From: Tricharina praecox
Lineage: Eukaryota
NCBI RefSeq assembly: GCF_024521635.1
Contig: NW_026250413.1
Location: forward strand, 930,001-994,000
DNA: 64,000 nt
Direction: 5' to 3'
A program made the position numbers and the translations under genes. Of this stretch, positions 14,214 through 26,538 are shown piece by piece. The notes beneath the pieces were generated by a model, which worked only from the letters and a program-made list of their open reading frames with translations, ran no database searches and was not told where the DNA came from. Position 1 is the stretch's first letter; every line of letters starts with the position of its first letter.

Positions 14214-14909
14214 GTGGATGGATTGGGTAATTGAGCGATTGACTGACTGGAGTCAGTTGTGCGTGCACTTGCATGTGCGACGGAAAGGGAGGACGACGCG
14301 TACGTAGAGTGGAGTGGAGTGGAGTAGAATAGATGCTGAGACTGACATCTGTGATCTCGTGTTTTACTGTTGCCGTTCTCTTTTTTTATCGTAGTTGTTT
14401 ATTTCATGTTTCCCGCAGCACAGGACGTAGTTGATGGTAGGAGGTGGGTGAAGGGCACTTGAGCACGGCGGATCACTCACGCTCGTCCGCGCCGAGCATG
14501 GGGGGTTCCAGTCGCCAGACGGGCATTCAGTACCCACAAACGTCCATGTCCGTACGGGGCCGGACGCAACCCCTACCTACCTCGCACTCCCTCGCACCCT
14601 CACTCCGTTGCGACGCGCAATCCGTACTATATCCGACTATGTATCCCGCGGCTGGTGGTCCCGACGTGATGTGCGCGAGACGTCGACGTCGACGTTTGCA
14701 TGGGCCCCCCCGCCCCGTCCGCCTCCCCGGGGACCCGGGAAGACCAGTACGCCCTGGTGGGGGACGTCTCTCCATCCGTCCGCCCTCCTCCTCGGACGTG
14801 CGTGTGTGCGTTGCGTGCGTGCGTAATACTAGTATATATTGGTGCTATGTATGGAGCATAAGTCAGCAGCGGCAGTAGCAAGCAGCATGCTGTTGGAACT
14901 TGGGAGAAA

Positions 14910-14996
14910 CACTCCATTCCACTCCATTCCACTCCCCTCCACTCCCCTCCACTCCCCTCCACTCCCCTCCACTCCCCTCCACTCCCCTCCACTCCA
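14910..14996. repeat. (CACTCCCCTC)n decanucleotide array
   Basis: Directly visible; the 5' units are CACTCCATTC variants. Confidence 0.9.
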
Positions 14997-15933
14997 CAGG
15001 GCCGCCACATGGCAGTGGGGGGTGGCCGTCGGCTTGGAATGCTCAGGTACATACGACCAAGCCTACTTACATACCTCTGCGTCTGCAGAACGAATCCATA
15101 GATGTGCAGCGGAGAACACCACCAGCGCCGTCTTTTCCGCCTTGTTGCTGTTGCTGTTGCTGCTGTTGCTGCTGCTGTTGCTGCTGCGTGGATGCCGCGC
15201 GACTACTACTAACTACTAGTATACATACAAAGCAGTAGAGGGTGTAGAGTAGAATATGCTATGTTCGGGTTGCATGGCCTGTGCATGGATGGATGGCCTC
15301 TGCAGTACAGTACAGCGCCGCGCAGCGTGCGTGCGTGCATACATCCCAGGTATGTACTCTACCCAGGTAGGTACACATCCCACCACCATCCACCATCCAC
15401 CATCCACAGTCCGCCCAAACGGTGCTGGGATTCATAGTTACATGCAGACATACATCCATACATACGCTGGCCCCTGGGTACGCCGTACATAGGCTGGGCG
15501 ACGCATCGATCTCGGAATAGCAACTTCACGGGGGGACCCGGGGGCGAGGAGGCAGAAATCACAATGCAAAGTCGATCCTCAATTCAATTCAATCCAATTC
15601 AATGCAATCCAGCTGTCTGAATACATAGATATCACATCACATCTTCCTCTCGCACGCTCGCTCGGCCATCGATCTTCTGCCTCTCTGCATTCAAACATTC
15701 AAACATCCCCCGGGGGCTGCAATGCATTGCACTGCTGGCATCCTCGAGGAAGGGAGGAACTGAACTGAACTGAACTGAACTGAACTGAACTGATCGAGCG
15801 ACAGCGACATTAGTTGTGCTGGTGGTGTGAATGGTTGGATGGGATGGGATGGGTGGTGACTGGGTGACTGGGTGACCGGGCGAGAAAGAGAGACTACATA
15901 CGGCACCCACCGGCGCGATGCAGGGCCTCCGTA

Positions 15934-16080
15934 CATACACACATACACACATACACACATACACACATACACACATACACACATACACACATACACACAT
16001 ACACACATACACACATACACACATACACACATACACACATACACACACCTCTATACATACACACACACATACACACACAT
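15934..16080. repeat. (CATACACA)n octanucleotide array, about 14 perfect units plus a degenerate tail
   Basis: Directly visible. Confidence 0.95.
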
Positions 16081-19000
16081 AACTACACCCAAGCCAGGAA
16101 ACAAAAAGACCGAAGCAACGGATCGAGTAGAGTAGGTTGTGTTGGTTGGTTGGTTGGTTGGTTGTGATATGTGACAGCTACAGGCTACAGCCCCCTGTAG
16201 AGTATCTAGGTGGATGACACATGGAGCTTCGAGCTTGGTGGATGTGGATCCTACCCCGGGGTCCGGAGGTAATGCCCGCCGTGGGATTAGGCCGGCTCGG
16301 GCAGTCAATTCGGTCGGTCTGTCGGTTCGGTTATGTATGGAGTTCTTTTTTTTCTTTCGTTGCTGGTCCTTGGTGCTCGTCGAGGGTATGTAAAGAGAGA
16401 CACGGACGTCGGACGTCGGACGACCATAGCGACATCATACGATTGACGGCGATTGACAGCGATTGACGGCGATAATCAACGCGGGAGAGGATCCTGCCAC
16501 TATGTTACTAGCAGGTACCTGGTCGACCAGGTGTGCACGTCCCCCTCCACCCCGGAGGCCGCCGGGGGGGCCACGGCTGATCTCCCCTCCGCTACCAGTA
16601 TCACAGAGTAACTAGAGTACTACTTGTGGTAGTTGAACGACCGGCAACCACAACCACACGAAAGTGAAACACCGGCGACGATTACATACCCTTCCTTCCC
16701 TCGCGACTACATACATATGATATACATACATCTCGCGTGTGACTATTCGAGAGTCTCGGAAAAACGAAGAAGCAAAGAAACCCCGCGAGGCGTCGTGCCC
16801 GTCCCCGACTCCCCGTCCCTGGAGTATACATAGTACCTACTAGTTAGTACCTGCTCCAGTTCCAGCCGGGGATGAACATTCCCCCGTGCAGCGGCGCAGC
16901 CGTGCAGAGGCACGAAAAGAAAAGCAAAAGAAAAAAACGACATCGCCGGCCCAGCTCAGCTCAGCCCTGCCCTGCCCTCAGGCCCTGCGCCGTGATTCCC
17001 AACCGTCCGGGTACATACAACATACAACATACCTACCAAAAGATCGAGGAGCACGCGCAGGAAACCCCCGTCTGGTCTGCCGGAGCACAAAAACGATTCC
17101 TTCCAGGGCCACGCGCTGTCTCGCCGTCCTCCAGGTTGGTTCCCTCCTACTCGACTTACCTGCACGGCCAAAAGGAAAAGGAAAGGGAAAGGGAGAGGGG
17201 AAAGAAAGAAAGAAAAAGTGACCTGCGCGATTAAATCTTGGAGGAGCTCGTTCGAGCTCGAGCTCGAACTGCCACTGGACAGTTCGATGTGCTGTGTAGA
17301 GTAGTGCAGTTGCCAGTGCAGTGCAACCACAAGATCAGTCCGGGGAAAGAAGAAGAAGAAGCAGAAGCGCAAAAAACAAAGCAGCAGCAGAAGAAGCAGA
17401 ATAGTTAAGGGGAAAAAAGCACTTCCATTCCCTTCCATCCCTCCCTCAGCAACGCCTCCCGTAGTTACTCCGTATCCCGTATCCCGTAATCGATCTGTCT
17501 CAGAATCCCTCTGGGGGTGGTCAGCATTATAGTAGCGGCGCACCCGGAACTTGGCTCCGGGACCCTTTGCGGGGGGTGGGCAGGGCAGGGCGGAAACGAC
17601 AAGACAGGGCAGGACAGGGCCCAACAGGACAAGACAGGACAGGGCAGCACCAGGCTTCCACTCGGCAGGGCGAGACGTTTGACGCCAGCCAATGATGCCG
17701 GAGGGAGCGGATCAACTACATGTGTAGATATGTGCATACATACTCTACATACCATACGCATGAGGGCGTTGCGACAGCTTGTGGTCCGAGCGCGATCGGG
17801 CTCGGTATGATACGATGGCCCGTCTGAGAGCCCTCGACAGCAATCGTGTCTCACACCCAGAGTAGTTGTTTGGTTGCCTAGTTGCCTCGTTATCGGGGAT
17901 GTTCGTTTAGTGTCGGGACGCTTTTCGAGACTCCCGGGGCTCTCGGGAATCCGTGAGGACGTACGGGGGGAGCTGGTTATGCCGAACCGCACTACCCACA
18001 TACTACTCAACTAGTAGTCAAGTAAGAAGTAGGCAAATATGTGACATATCGCAAAACCCACGACCGCGAACTGCGAGATCGAACGCTCGTCGCGGCGCCG
18101 CGCACATGAATGGAAGGTAGTCAGAGGGAGGGGCAAAAGGCAAAAGGGCAAAAGCAAAAGCAAGTACCCATGCCAACGACCCCCCCAAAAAAACCTCCAT
18201 GCGGATACTTACCTTACCTGTCTACATATCATACCTGGGTATGAGAGTTGACATGACAAAAATCCGATCCCCCAACCCCAACCCCAGCCTCAAAAACAGG
18301 CAACAAAAACAAAACAAGGCGTCCAAGCACGCACCCCCGACACGACGACACCAAGCGAGGATGGATCACGCATCCGATTGGCTCGTTTGAAGTTTCGCTT
18401 CCCGGGATGTGGATGTGATGTGTGATGTACATACAGCGGGATGTGATGTACGGTGGGATGTATGATATGTATGGGTGGGTGAGGTGTTGGATGTGATGTG
18501 GATGTGATGTACGGTGTGCGTGCTGAGTGCGTGTCGGTGTGCGTGCTTGCTGGGGGAGGAGTGCGCGCGTGCGTGCGTGCTGAGTACTGTGCGGTGTGCT
18601 GGGTGCTGAACGCTGTGTGTAAAAGTACATTTCTTTCGGGTTGGTGGATGGAGGATGGAGGATATATCTTCCGCAGGGGCGCACGCACGCACGCACCTAC
18701 TATATTACTCCCAACTGTTGCGATATCGATCCTGATGGGGAGCGGTCCTGGTGAAACTGCAATCGTAATCGCAATATGTGTGGGCAGGGTGGACGGGGTG
18801 GACGAGGGAATGTAAATTCGATGGTATGGATGGTATGATAGTACGGTGGTCCGAATACCGGGCCGTATGTACGATACGATATGGTACGAAGTCCGTTCGT
18901 GTCGGCAACAGTTCCGAGTCCAAGCCCGAGTCCGAGCCCAAGTCCAAGCCCGGGTCCAAGCCCGGGTGCTAGGTAGTCCAAGCCCGAAGCATGCGGAACC

Positions 19001-19860
19001 TCGAAGCCACTAGTAGCTAAGTCTCGCCCCGTCCCGTCCAGTCGGCCCGCACCCCGCCTGTTCGTCTTCTTTCATTCCCGACGATCATCTCGGCCCACCA
19101 GTTCTCGGCCTCCACCACCACCAGCACCACCCCCGCCGCCGCCGATCTCCCCCCCTCCGAGCAACCACAAGCAACAACCCACCGATCTCTAGGATCTCAA
19201 CGATCCCCGCCTTCTCCCACCTACTCGTCTGCTCCTGTCATCGATCCGATGCTCCGACACCGCGATGCTCCAATGCTCCGATGCTCCATAGCTTTGCCAG
19301 CCGTGCTCCGTGCTGATTGGCCGCAGTGTCGATATATTGTTGATACCGATACTGTGACTGTGATATCCGCCGGGATCCTCCCCCATGAGCCTACCAACAA
19401 GCCAACCGACTCGACGCGGATCCTACATTATGTATCGAACTATGTGTGAGGAAAGTTCAGCAGCTCAGATACAGCAGCACATCCCCGTATACCATCCCCG
19501 TACACCATCCCCGATACCATCCCCGTATACCGCATACCATCCCCGTATATAGGCCTTCCCCACCACCATGGGCCATGCAAGTAAGCAAGCAAGCAGGCTC
19601 TCGCGTCTGCTTCTCTGTCCTGTCAGTTGTTAACTATGCACCTAGATAGTTGGACCGGGCACGCTCGGAGACATACGCAGACATAGACATACGCAGACAC
19701 AGACACGCTCGGAGACACACACAGAAACTGACAGATACAGATGCATACAGACCCATACAGACACGGATACACAGACCCAACAGCCAACACACCCACCCAC
19801 ACCCCAGGAATCGTATCCAGAAACACATGCTTTGTGTATGTACGGTATGATATGTAGTCG

Positions 19861-19905
19861 ACACGGTGAACACGGTGAACACGGTGAACACGGTGAACAC
19901 GGTGA
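19861..19905. repeat. (ACACGGTGA)5 nonanucleotide array
   Basis: Five copies, directly visible. Confidence 0.9.
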
Positions 19906-20829
19906 TTACATTGGCGACCTGAATACCTAACACCTCGAGCACGCCGTGCAGGCAGCCAGCATCCAGCAGCAGAGCCTACCCAAGCAAGCAAGAAAAGAAA
20001 GGCCCGAGAACTTGCAGCATTGCAGTATTGCAGCAGCAGCATTGCAGCAGTACATAGCAGGAGCAGCAATGCAGCCGTGCAGCCATGCAGCCGGAACTAC
20101 AACGCGCCTGCATTTGGATCAAAAAGGTCTTCACAACACAAGACAAGACAAGACAAGACAAGACAGAACGAGCTCTTCTTTCTCAGCGTCTCATTAGCTA
20201 TGTAGGTAAGGTAGGTAGCGACAGAACCATTACAACAACAGCAACAACAACAATAACAACAACAACTGCTGCTGCTCACTGGCACACACACACACACACA
20301 CACACACACCTGCCCTCTCTCACCCCCCAGCTGTCGTCCATCACTTGAAAGCAAGATATGCGCCCCCTACACCCAGTCCCCGAAAAGAAAGAGAAGGAAA
20401 GAAGGGAAAAAAAACGACTTTTCGCGAGCAAAAACAAGAAAACAAGGAAAAAAAAGCACACATTTTAAGGAGACCCAAAGCAAGAAGGAAAAAAGAAAAG
20501 AAAAAAAGGAAAGAAAAAGGCCCCGATATAATAAGTTTCTCTGGAGTGGCGGTTTGGAAAATTAAGCACAAGAAATTCGATGTATGGAGGTACATCTCGA
20601 TTAGGCATTATGCCACCCCGTAGAGGCGTTGTTGTTGGTCGGTGGTGGTGGCGATCGAAGATGGTCGGATTGTACCCGGCCGGCTCTGCCGCTTCGAACG
20701 TGACACCCCACCAACAACGGCGCAAAAAAAAAACAAAGTCAAAAGTCAAAAGCAGACAATGGTGAACCCCGTATGGAAATAGATGCGGAACAAATTCGGT
20801 ATAGTTGAAAGGCAGGAAAAAAAAGCCGT

Positions 20830-22037
20830 CTACGCCCATTGGGCGGCGAACGGCTGGCTCGAGTGTTGATTCTGGCTGGGCATGTTCTGGAAATGGTGGT
20901 ACTCCTGCTGAGGGGCATGCTGCTGCGGAACGTGCGCCGGAACCTGGTGGTGCAATGGCGGCGATCCACCGACGACCACCACGGTTTGCGCCGAAGGTTG
21001 AATCTGCTGCTGCTGTTGCTGCTGTTGCGGCGGCGGCGAATTGTGGTAGTCGAGGGGAGTGTCGGCGTGTGGAACGACTCGCGGAGGGGTGCGCCTCAAT
21101 GGAGAGCGTCTGGGAGGAGACGTCCGCCTGATGCTCTGGGGGCTTCTGCGAGCCATGCAGCTGGGGCATCCCCTGACGAAGCGCGCAATCAATTCCTTGG
21201 GAACCCTGAACAACTCGATTAGGCTCAATCTCAACGGGAAAAAAAGAGGTCGCAACTATGGGGGGAGAAAGCTTACCACGAGTAGAACTGACGGACCTGA
21301 GAGGACGTCTTGTCCCGTCCCCCGTGTTGGCATTGGATGTGCGCCGTAGTTAGGATCCCAAACAATTGCTCACGGATGGCAACCGGCTTGTTCTCGTGCA
21401 TGACAACCTGGCTGGTGCGACCATTCTCGTCCTCCTGAAAGTCCAAGACGAACATCTTCTTGGCCCAGAACCGGAACTGCGCCGACTCGATAGTCGTGCA
21501 CTTGGGGTCCCGCAGAACGGCGCTGATGTTGTTGTAGCGGACCTGTCCGATCAGAGCCTTGTCGCGTTTCTTCTCCGAGAGCGACATGACGTAGTCATTG
21601 AGCAACACGTCGAATTCGCGGAGGGTGGGAAGCTGGGAGTCGTGGGTCAGCGCCGCTGGAACGGCACCGCTGTACAGGTTCATGTGGTAGAGGGGCGAGT
21701 ATGTGGACGGATGCGGCTGCATCTGCACGTCCATGCCGATCATCGGAGCCGGTAGCTGCGGCTTCCATTGCTCGAAGGCGGTCTGATTGTTGTGGACGGG
21801 CATCTGCTGGGTGGGTAGGCTCTGCGAGAACACCCGGAAGTCGGTATTTCCACCGTAGCCCAGGTGGCCGCCAGCGATGCTGGGGCCGTTGTTCATGCCA
21901 TTGGCCGTGGAGGGTCTCGCGGCGTAGGGGTAGCCGGCTTCGAGGGAGTGTTGGGAGCGGCGTCTTCTGGTCGGGGATGCTTCGTGAACCTCGTCGTAGT
22001 CGTAAGTCTTGGTATTCATAATGCGGGTCTGGTTCAT
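20830..22037 (-). CDS. NOL4-like protein with an integrase-type H2C2 (HHCC) zinc-binding domain and no integrase catalytic core; complement(join(20830..21205,21277..22037)), 378 aa
   Basis: Spliced product reads QFRFWAKKMF...HENKPVAIREQLFGILTTAHIQCQHGGRDKTSSQVRQFYSW|VPKELIARFVRGCPSCMARR, i.e. H-x4-H...C-x2-C. The 71-nt intron (GTAAGC..CTAAT..CAG) splits the Trp codon and restores frame. The domain is flanked by Q/P/H-rich low-complexity regions. The start codon could lie further upstream. Confidence 0.85.
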
Positions 22038-25000
22038 GGCGTCGTTATATGCGTTTATAGGTGCTGGGCGCTGTAGCGAGAGTTTGGAGGCGTCGAGGAA
22101 GAGGTATATATGCGACGGGGGAGGAGCAAGATGGATGGGTATAATGGTGGGGGTATGCGGTGCTTGCGAGGAGAGCTGTAGGCAAAAGGGAGGCGAAGAG
22201 GTGAGGGGATTGGCCTGCAATGCGATCGTCGGAGCTGTTTTGATGTTGAGGAGGAGGACGAGGAGGAAGACGAGGAGGACGGTGAGGATGAGGAGGTCGA
22301 GGTCGAGGTCGAGGTCGAGGAGGAGGAGGATGCGCGGTGATTTAACGAGGGGCAGCTCAAACAGCGAAGGGTTTCCGTTCTCTGAACAGGTTCTGCGTGT
22401 GATGAAGTTGGAGCTGAAAGGAAGAAGAAGGGGCAGGAGATGATAGACATGAAGCTGTATTAAATAACAGCGGGATCGAAGAGGCAGATTCAGGTTGAGA
22501 AAGCCCCACGCACCCACCGATCCTAACCTTGATGATTGCTAAAGGGATGGACGAAAAAAGCAATTTAGTTATTGCATTGCGCTGCGTTGCCGTCTTTTTT
22601 TTTTTCCTTTCCTTCCTTCTTTCTTTCTTTCTTTCTTTCTTTTTTTTTCTCCCACTTTCTGAGAAGCTACCAGCTATCCGCTTAGCTCGATTTCGTTATC
22701 AGTAGAGTACTGTCCCGGTTGGACGGGATCAAGAAAAAGCAAATATAAATCAACCTGTCAGGCTGGGGGGGGGTTTGGTACACAGTGGCTGTTGTGACAC
22801 GATAGCTTTCCTGCGAATACCGTAATTACCATACATACAGCTCTTAGTGGATGATGGAGGTGAGCTTGCGCGGGAATTTCCACTAGTAGAGTACGGTATG
22901 TAGGCTGCCTGTGTTTCCATATCCCAGGTGGAAGGAAGTGCCCTGTTCAGCCAAACAAGCAGCAGGGTAGACGAAGAGAGTGGGATATCGGGAGCCAGTA
23001 GGTGGAGCTAGAGCAGGTAGCTAGCTAGCTAGGGAGGTGGGCCATAGCTCGAGGTGGGAGGCAAATGGGGTGGGGGGTTGCTATCATGTTGGGGTAGTGC
23101 AAGTGCATCGCGAGGTGCCTGTAGGAATCCTCCGAGGAGTATGTATGTAGCAGTATCGGCGTCGTATTGGAGTCGAGCAGTTAGAGAGCAGTGCGATAAT
23201 GGTTGCAACGAGCGCAGTAGCGGCGGCAGGCGGCAATTGCAAAGCATAGCCGGGTGGGGAGGGCGGGCAAGAAAGGAGAGCCAGGTTTGTATGTGTGTAG
23301 GTAATGGCGACAGACATCAGACATGTTTGTTGGAATTCCGTCTGATCTAGGAGGATCAGTAGCAGAGGCAGAAGCAGACGTCTGCAGGTCGCGCACTCAT
23401 GCGGGAAGAATGGAATTGTGTGGAGAGAGAGAAAGAGAAAGAGGGAGGGTGCCGGGGGAGGGCCAACGGGGAGGGCCGTAGCAGGTCTTCGGAAACATTG
23501 AAGCGTTTGTTTTACTCCGATATGAAGATGGAATGATTCCTGTTCGTTTTTGCGTGGTGAGTCCCTCCCTCCCTTCCGTATCGGTTGTCTGGCACATACA
23601 TACTTTGGCAGTTGGAGGCGATGGCCTGCCAGTGAACCCGGAATCAATGGCCTGCCAGTGGATCCGGAGGCAATATCACGACGTCGAAAGTTCTCGGCTC
23701 CGATTGAGCTTGGCAGCTTCTTGGCTCCAACATCAAACACGTTGAAGTCGATCGCACCGCCTATAGATGGCAATGTTCCTGAGCATCATCTTCTTGGATG
23801 AGGCATTTCACATATACCGCATTTGCAATACCGATCAAAATACATACTTGGGCAACTATAGATACACCTTGTACCTACATAGCAGGTGGTACGTGTGTAC
23901 CCAGATTGCATATAGCCCCGCGATGAGGAACTTCACCCCCACCACCGAAGAATGTACAGAAGTATGTACCTACATACTCCCGATGGCATTCAAACTTCAA
24001 CGTGAAGTTTGAACTCGTTTCTGTTTGTTTTCTCTCACTGGAGCTTCGAGCTTGATAGCTTTGATCGACCTCCCAACCTTAGTGTCGGTCTCATCATCTA
24101 TTTCGGACAGTGTCAGACTTGGAGCCTACCTACCCACCTAGCTCCACCGTGCTGTGGCCGCTGGTTTCCCCTCGACCGACGACGGCTCGCGGCCTGTCAA
24201 AGAGTTGCCAGAATTGGTCGCTTGGACTTGAGCTTGATGCCCTTCTATTTTTATCCGATTTGGTGAATCGGTATCCCACCCCCCATCATCCATGGCCGAA
24301 CCGCCGTTACCATATCCTGAACAGAACCCACCCCATATGCAGAGCATCCATGGATGTTTGAATATGCTGTGTGCGTGTGCGTGTGCAGTGCGCCAGACAC
24401 GGCCGGTCTCCGATAATCCTCCTTGCAGATAATGCAGACTGGCGATAGTTATCGATTTATGTCTCCCAACTCCGCTGCTGCTGGACATCCATCAAACCTG
24501 ATGCGTACAGACATGCGCCGTGTGCCTCTACAGTACCAGTGCAGGGATATCCAGAGAGAGCATTAGCGAGGGGGGGAGAAACTGGACGCCGGACGCTCGA
24601 CAGCGGTGGGTGAGTGTGAGTGTGTATGTGGTGATACTCTAGGGTATATGTGTGTGTGTGGGTGTGGTGATATGTACTGTGGATTGAGGCGAAACTCCTC
24701 GAGCGGAATCTCCGATGTGAGGGTTATGTTAGGGAGTTCGGTGGTGGGGAGCCACTCCTGAGTTTGATCCGCATTGGACACCACTTTGGACAGCGTGGAA
24801 ACTTGAAAGGGTACAAAGTAGGCAGATACATGCACCTACCTACTTGGCTACATGGTATATGTAGGCATGGATGGATGAGCTGCCGCTTGGAGCCGATGGC
24901 CAATGAGCTATCCGACATGCACGGCGCCGCGATGGGGACTGATCAATGCGCTGGATGGGGGGTTTACCGACCTTGCTCGCTGCACCTGAATTGCGCCGCC

Positions 25001-25474
25001 ACTTTCGCTCTGCAAGCATCCAAGTAAGTCCTTATGTACTCCAAGTACCCAGGTACCAAAGTACCCGAGTACACACTTACCTAAGCACTTGTGTGACTTG
25101 TGTAGTGTATGGTTAGTACATGCCATTCAGTCCTGTGATACGTGGTTGCGTGGTACGGACGCTAACCTCCCTCGCTCTTGGCCATTCAGCTCAGCTCGGT
25201 CCAGCTCAGCTCGGTCCAGCTCAGCTCGGCTCAACTCCACTCGGCTCAACTCAGCTCAGCTCGTCAATTCGGTGCTGGACACATGGCGCTCCTCCGTCCG
25301 GCTATCTGCTTGTTCGCTCGGTTCTCAGCTTCGGCTTCATTCCCAGCAAGTAAGTGCCAAGTAGCAGCCGCTACGATCGTTGGCATACCGTACACACCCA
25401 CGGCACCGAAAGGAGGATGGTTGAGTCGGAACTGCCCCACGTAGTCGAGCTGAGCTGTAGTTAGCAGTTAGCAT

Positions 25475-25514
25475 TTAGCACTTAGCACTTAGCACTTAGC
25501 ACTTAGCACTTAGC
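25475..25514. repeat. (TTAGCAC)n heptanucleotide array, 5-6 units
   Basis: Directly visible. Confidence 0.9.
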
Positions 25515-26371
25515 GGCCAAGTTCTATTCGAGAGGCAACCGGTTTTTTCTTTCTTTTCTGGTGTTGGCAGGTGAGTATTTAGGACCTGCTGCAATAGCGG
25601 CCCGTCCGGCCACCTCCCTCCGTGGCTCGACAAGGTGTGTCCATCGCACGTTTCGGATGGTCGTAGGGCGAGGCGGCAGTCGTGCTTACCGATCCGTGCT
25701 TGGCTTAACTGTGTCCGCTACCACCGAAAGATGGTGGTGGTGGGAAAGCCTTTCCCAGGCGTCGACACATCCCACGTTCGCCGTTGTCGTCTTCGTTGTT
25801 GTTGTTGTTGTTGACCGTACTGCTCCGGCGACAGCGCACACTGCATTGATTTCGGGCAACAGTTCCACGCCACGATGGTGTGGGATTTTATTCCTGGCTG
25901 CATGGCCAACCGAACGCCGATCATTAGTGCTCAAATTCAATTTCCGGGAAGCCTATGGCAATCCGCCATAACTAAAGCCCGAATCCGATGGCAGTTAACT
26001 TGCTGCCTGCCGGACACGCTCTAAAAACCACCAGGACTGCAGAGTGGTTGCGAATCGGACCGAGTTGCATATGGCACCTGCCGGGCTTCCGAGAAGAGTC
26101 TTCCGGTGTCTCATTGTCCTTTTGTGTACGGGCGTTTTTTTTTTCTTTCTTTTTTTTCGTTTTGTTTTTTCGTTGTTTTTTTTGTTTTCTCGACTTATGC
26201 CGTTGAGAAATCCCGCGCATGCGAAGGCAATTATCGCTCTCTCTCTCTTCTCTCTCTCCCTCTCTCACCTGAGAGTATGATACTCGACGGCAGCCACCTC
26301 CGCTGAACGGACAACCGTGATCTGTTTTTGCTCGGCAGCGACAACGACAGAAACAAAAAACAGCCGTTTCG

Positions 26372-26538
26372 TCGCGTTCGGTCCGCTCTCTTCTGTCCCA
26401 TCCATCCAGTGGCGCTCGCGTTCGCAGGTACTTTTGGACCTATGGATGAATAAACCGCCATAACGGCCCGGATGCAAACGCTTGGCGCTCGCGATGTGAC
26501 CGGAGATCCTCGAGCTGTTTGTTTTTTTTCTTTCGCGT
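26372..26538. promoter_or_regulatory. Cluster of four WCGCGWNM (StuA/APSES response element-like) sites
   Basis: TCGCGTTC 26372-26379 and 26416-26423; reverse-strand TCGCGAGC 26487-26494 and ACGCGAAA 26531-26538. All four fall within 170 bp, ~4.3 kb upstream of the NOL4-like gene. Confidence 0.35.

Noticed and set aside
15049-15059. ACATACGACCA, like the 5' end of fungal 5S rRNA
   Set aside because: Similarity ends after 11 nt; no internal A/C boxes follow.
12399-16080. Regular repeat arrays as possible CRISPR
   Set aside because: Head-to-tail microsatellites without unique spacers, in a eukaryotic context with no cas genes.
18205-18214. ATACTTACCT, like the U1 snRNA 5' end
   Set aside because: No U1 stem-loops or Sm site downstream; it is part of the common TACC-type simple motif.
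20738-20832. TAG stop of the NOL4-like gene as an A-to-I stop-loss editing site
   Set aside because: Readthrough gives only a short T-rich-derived peptide with no sign of coding constraint.
23670-23850. Minus-strand peptide DFNVFDVGAKKLPSSIGAENFRRRDI, reminiscent of a SAM methyltransferase relic
   Set aside because: No convincing motif I upstream; similarity too weak to support by eye.
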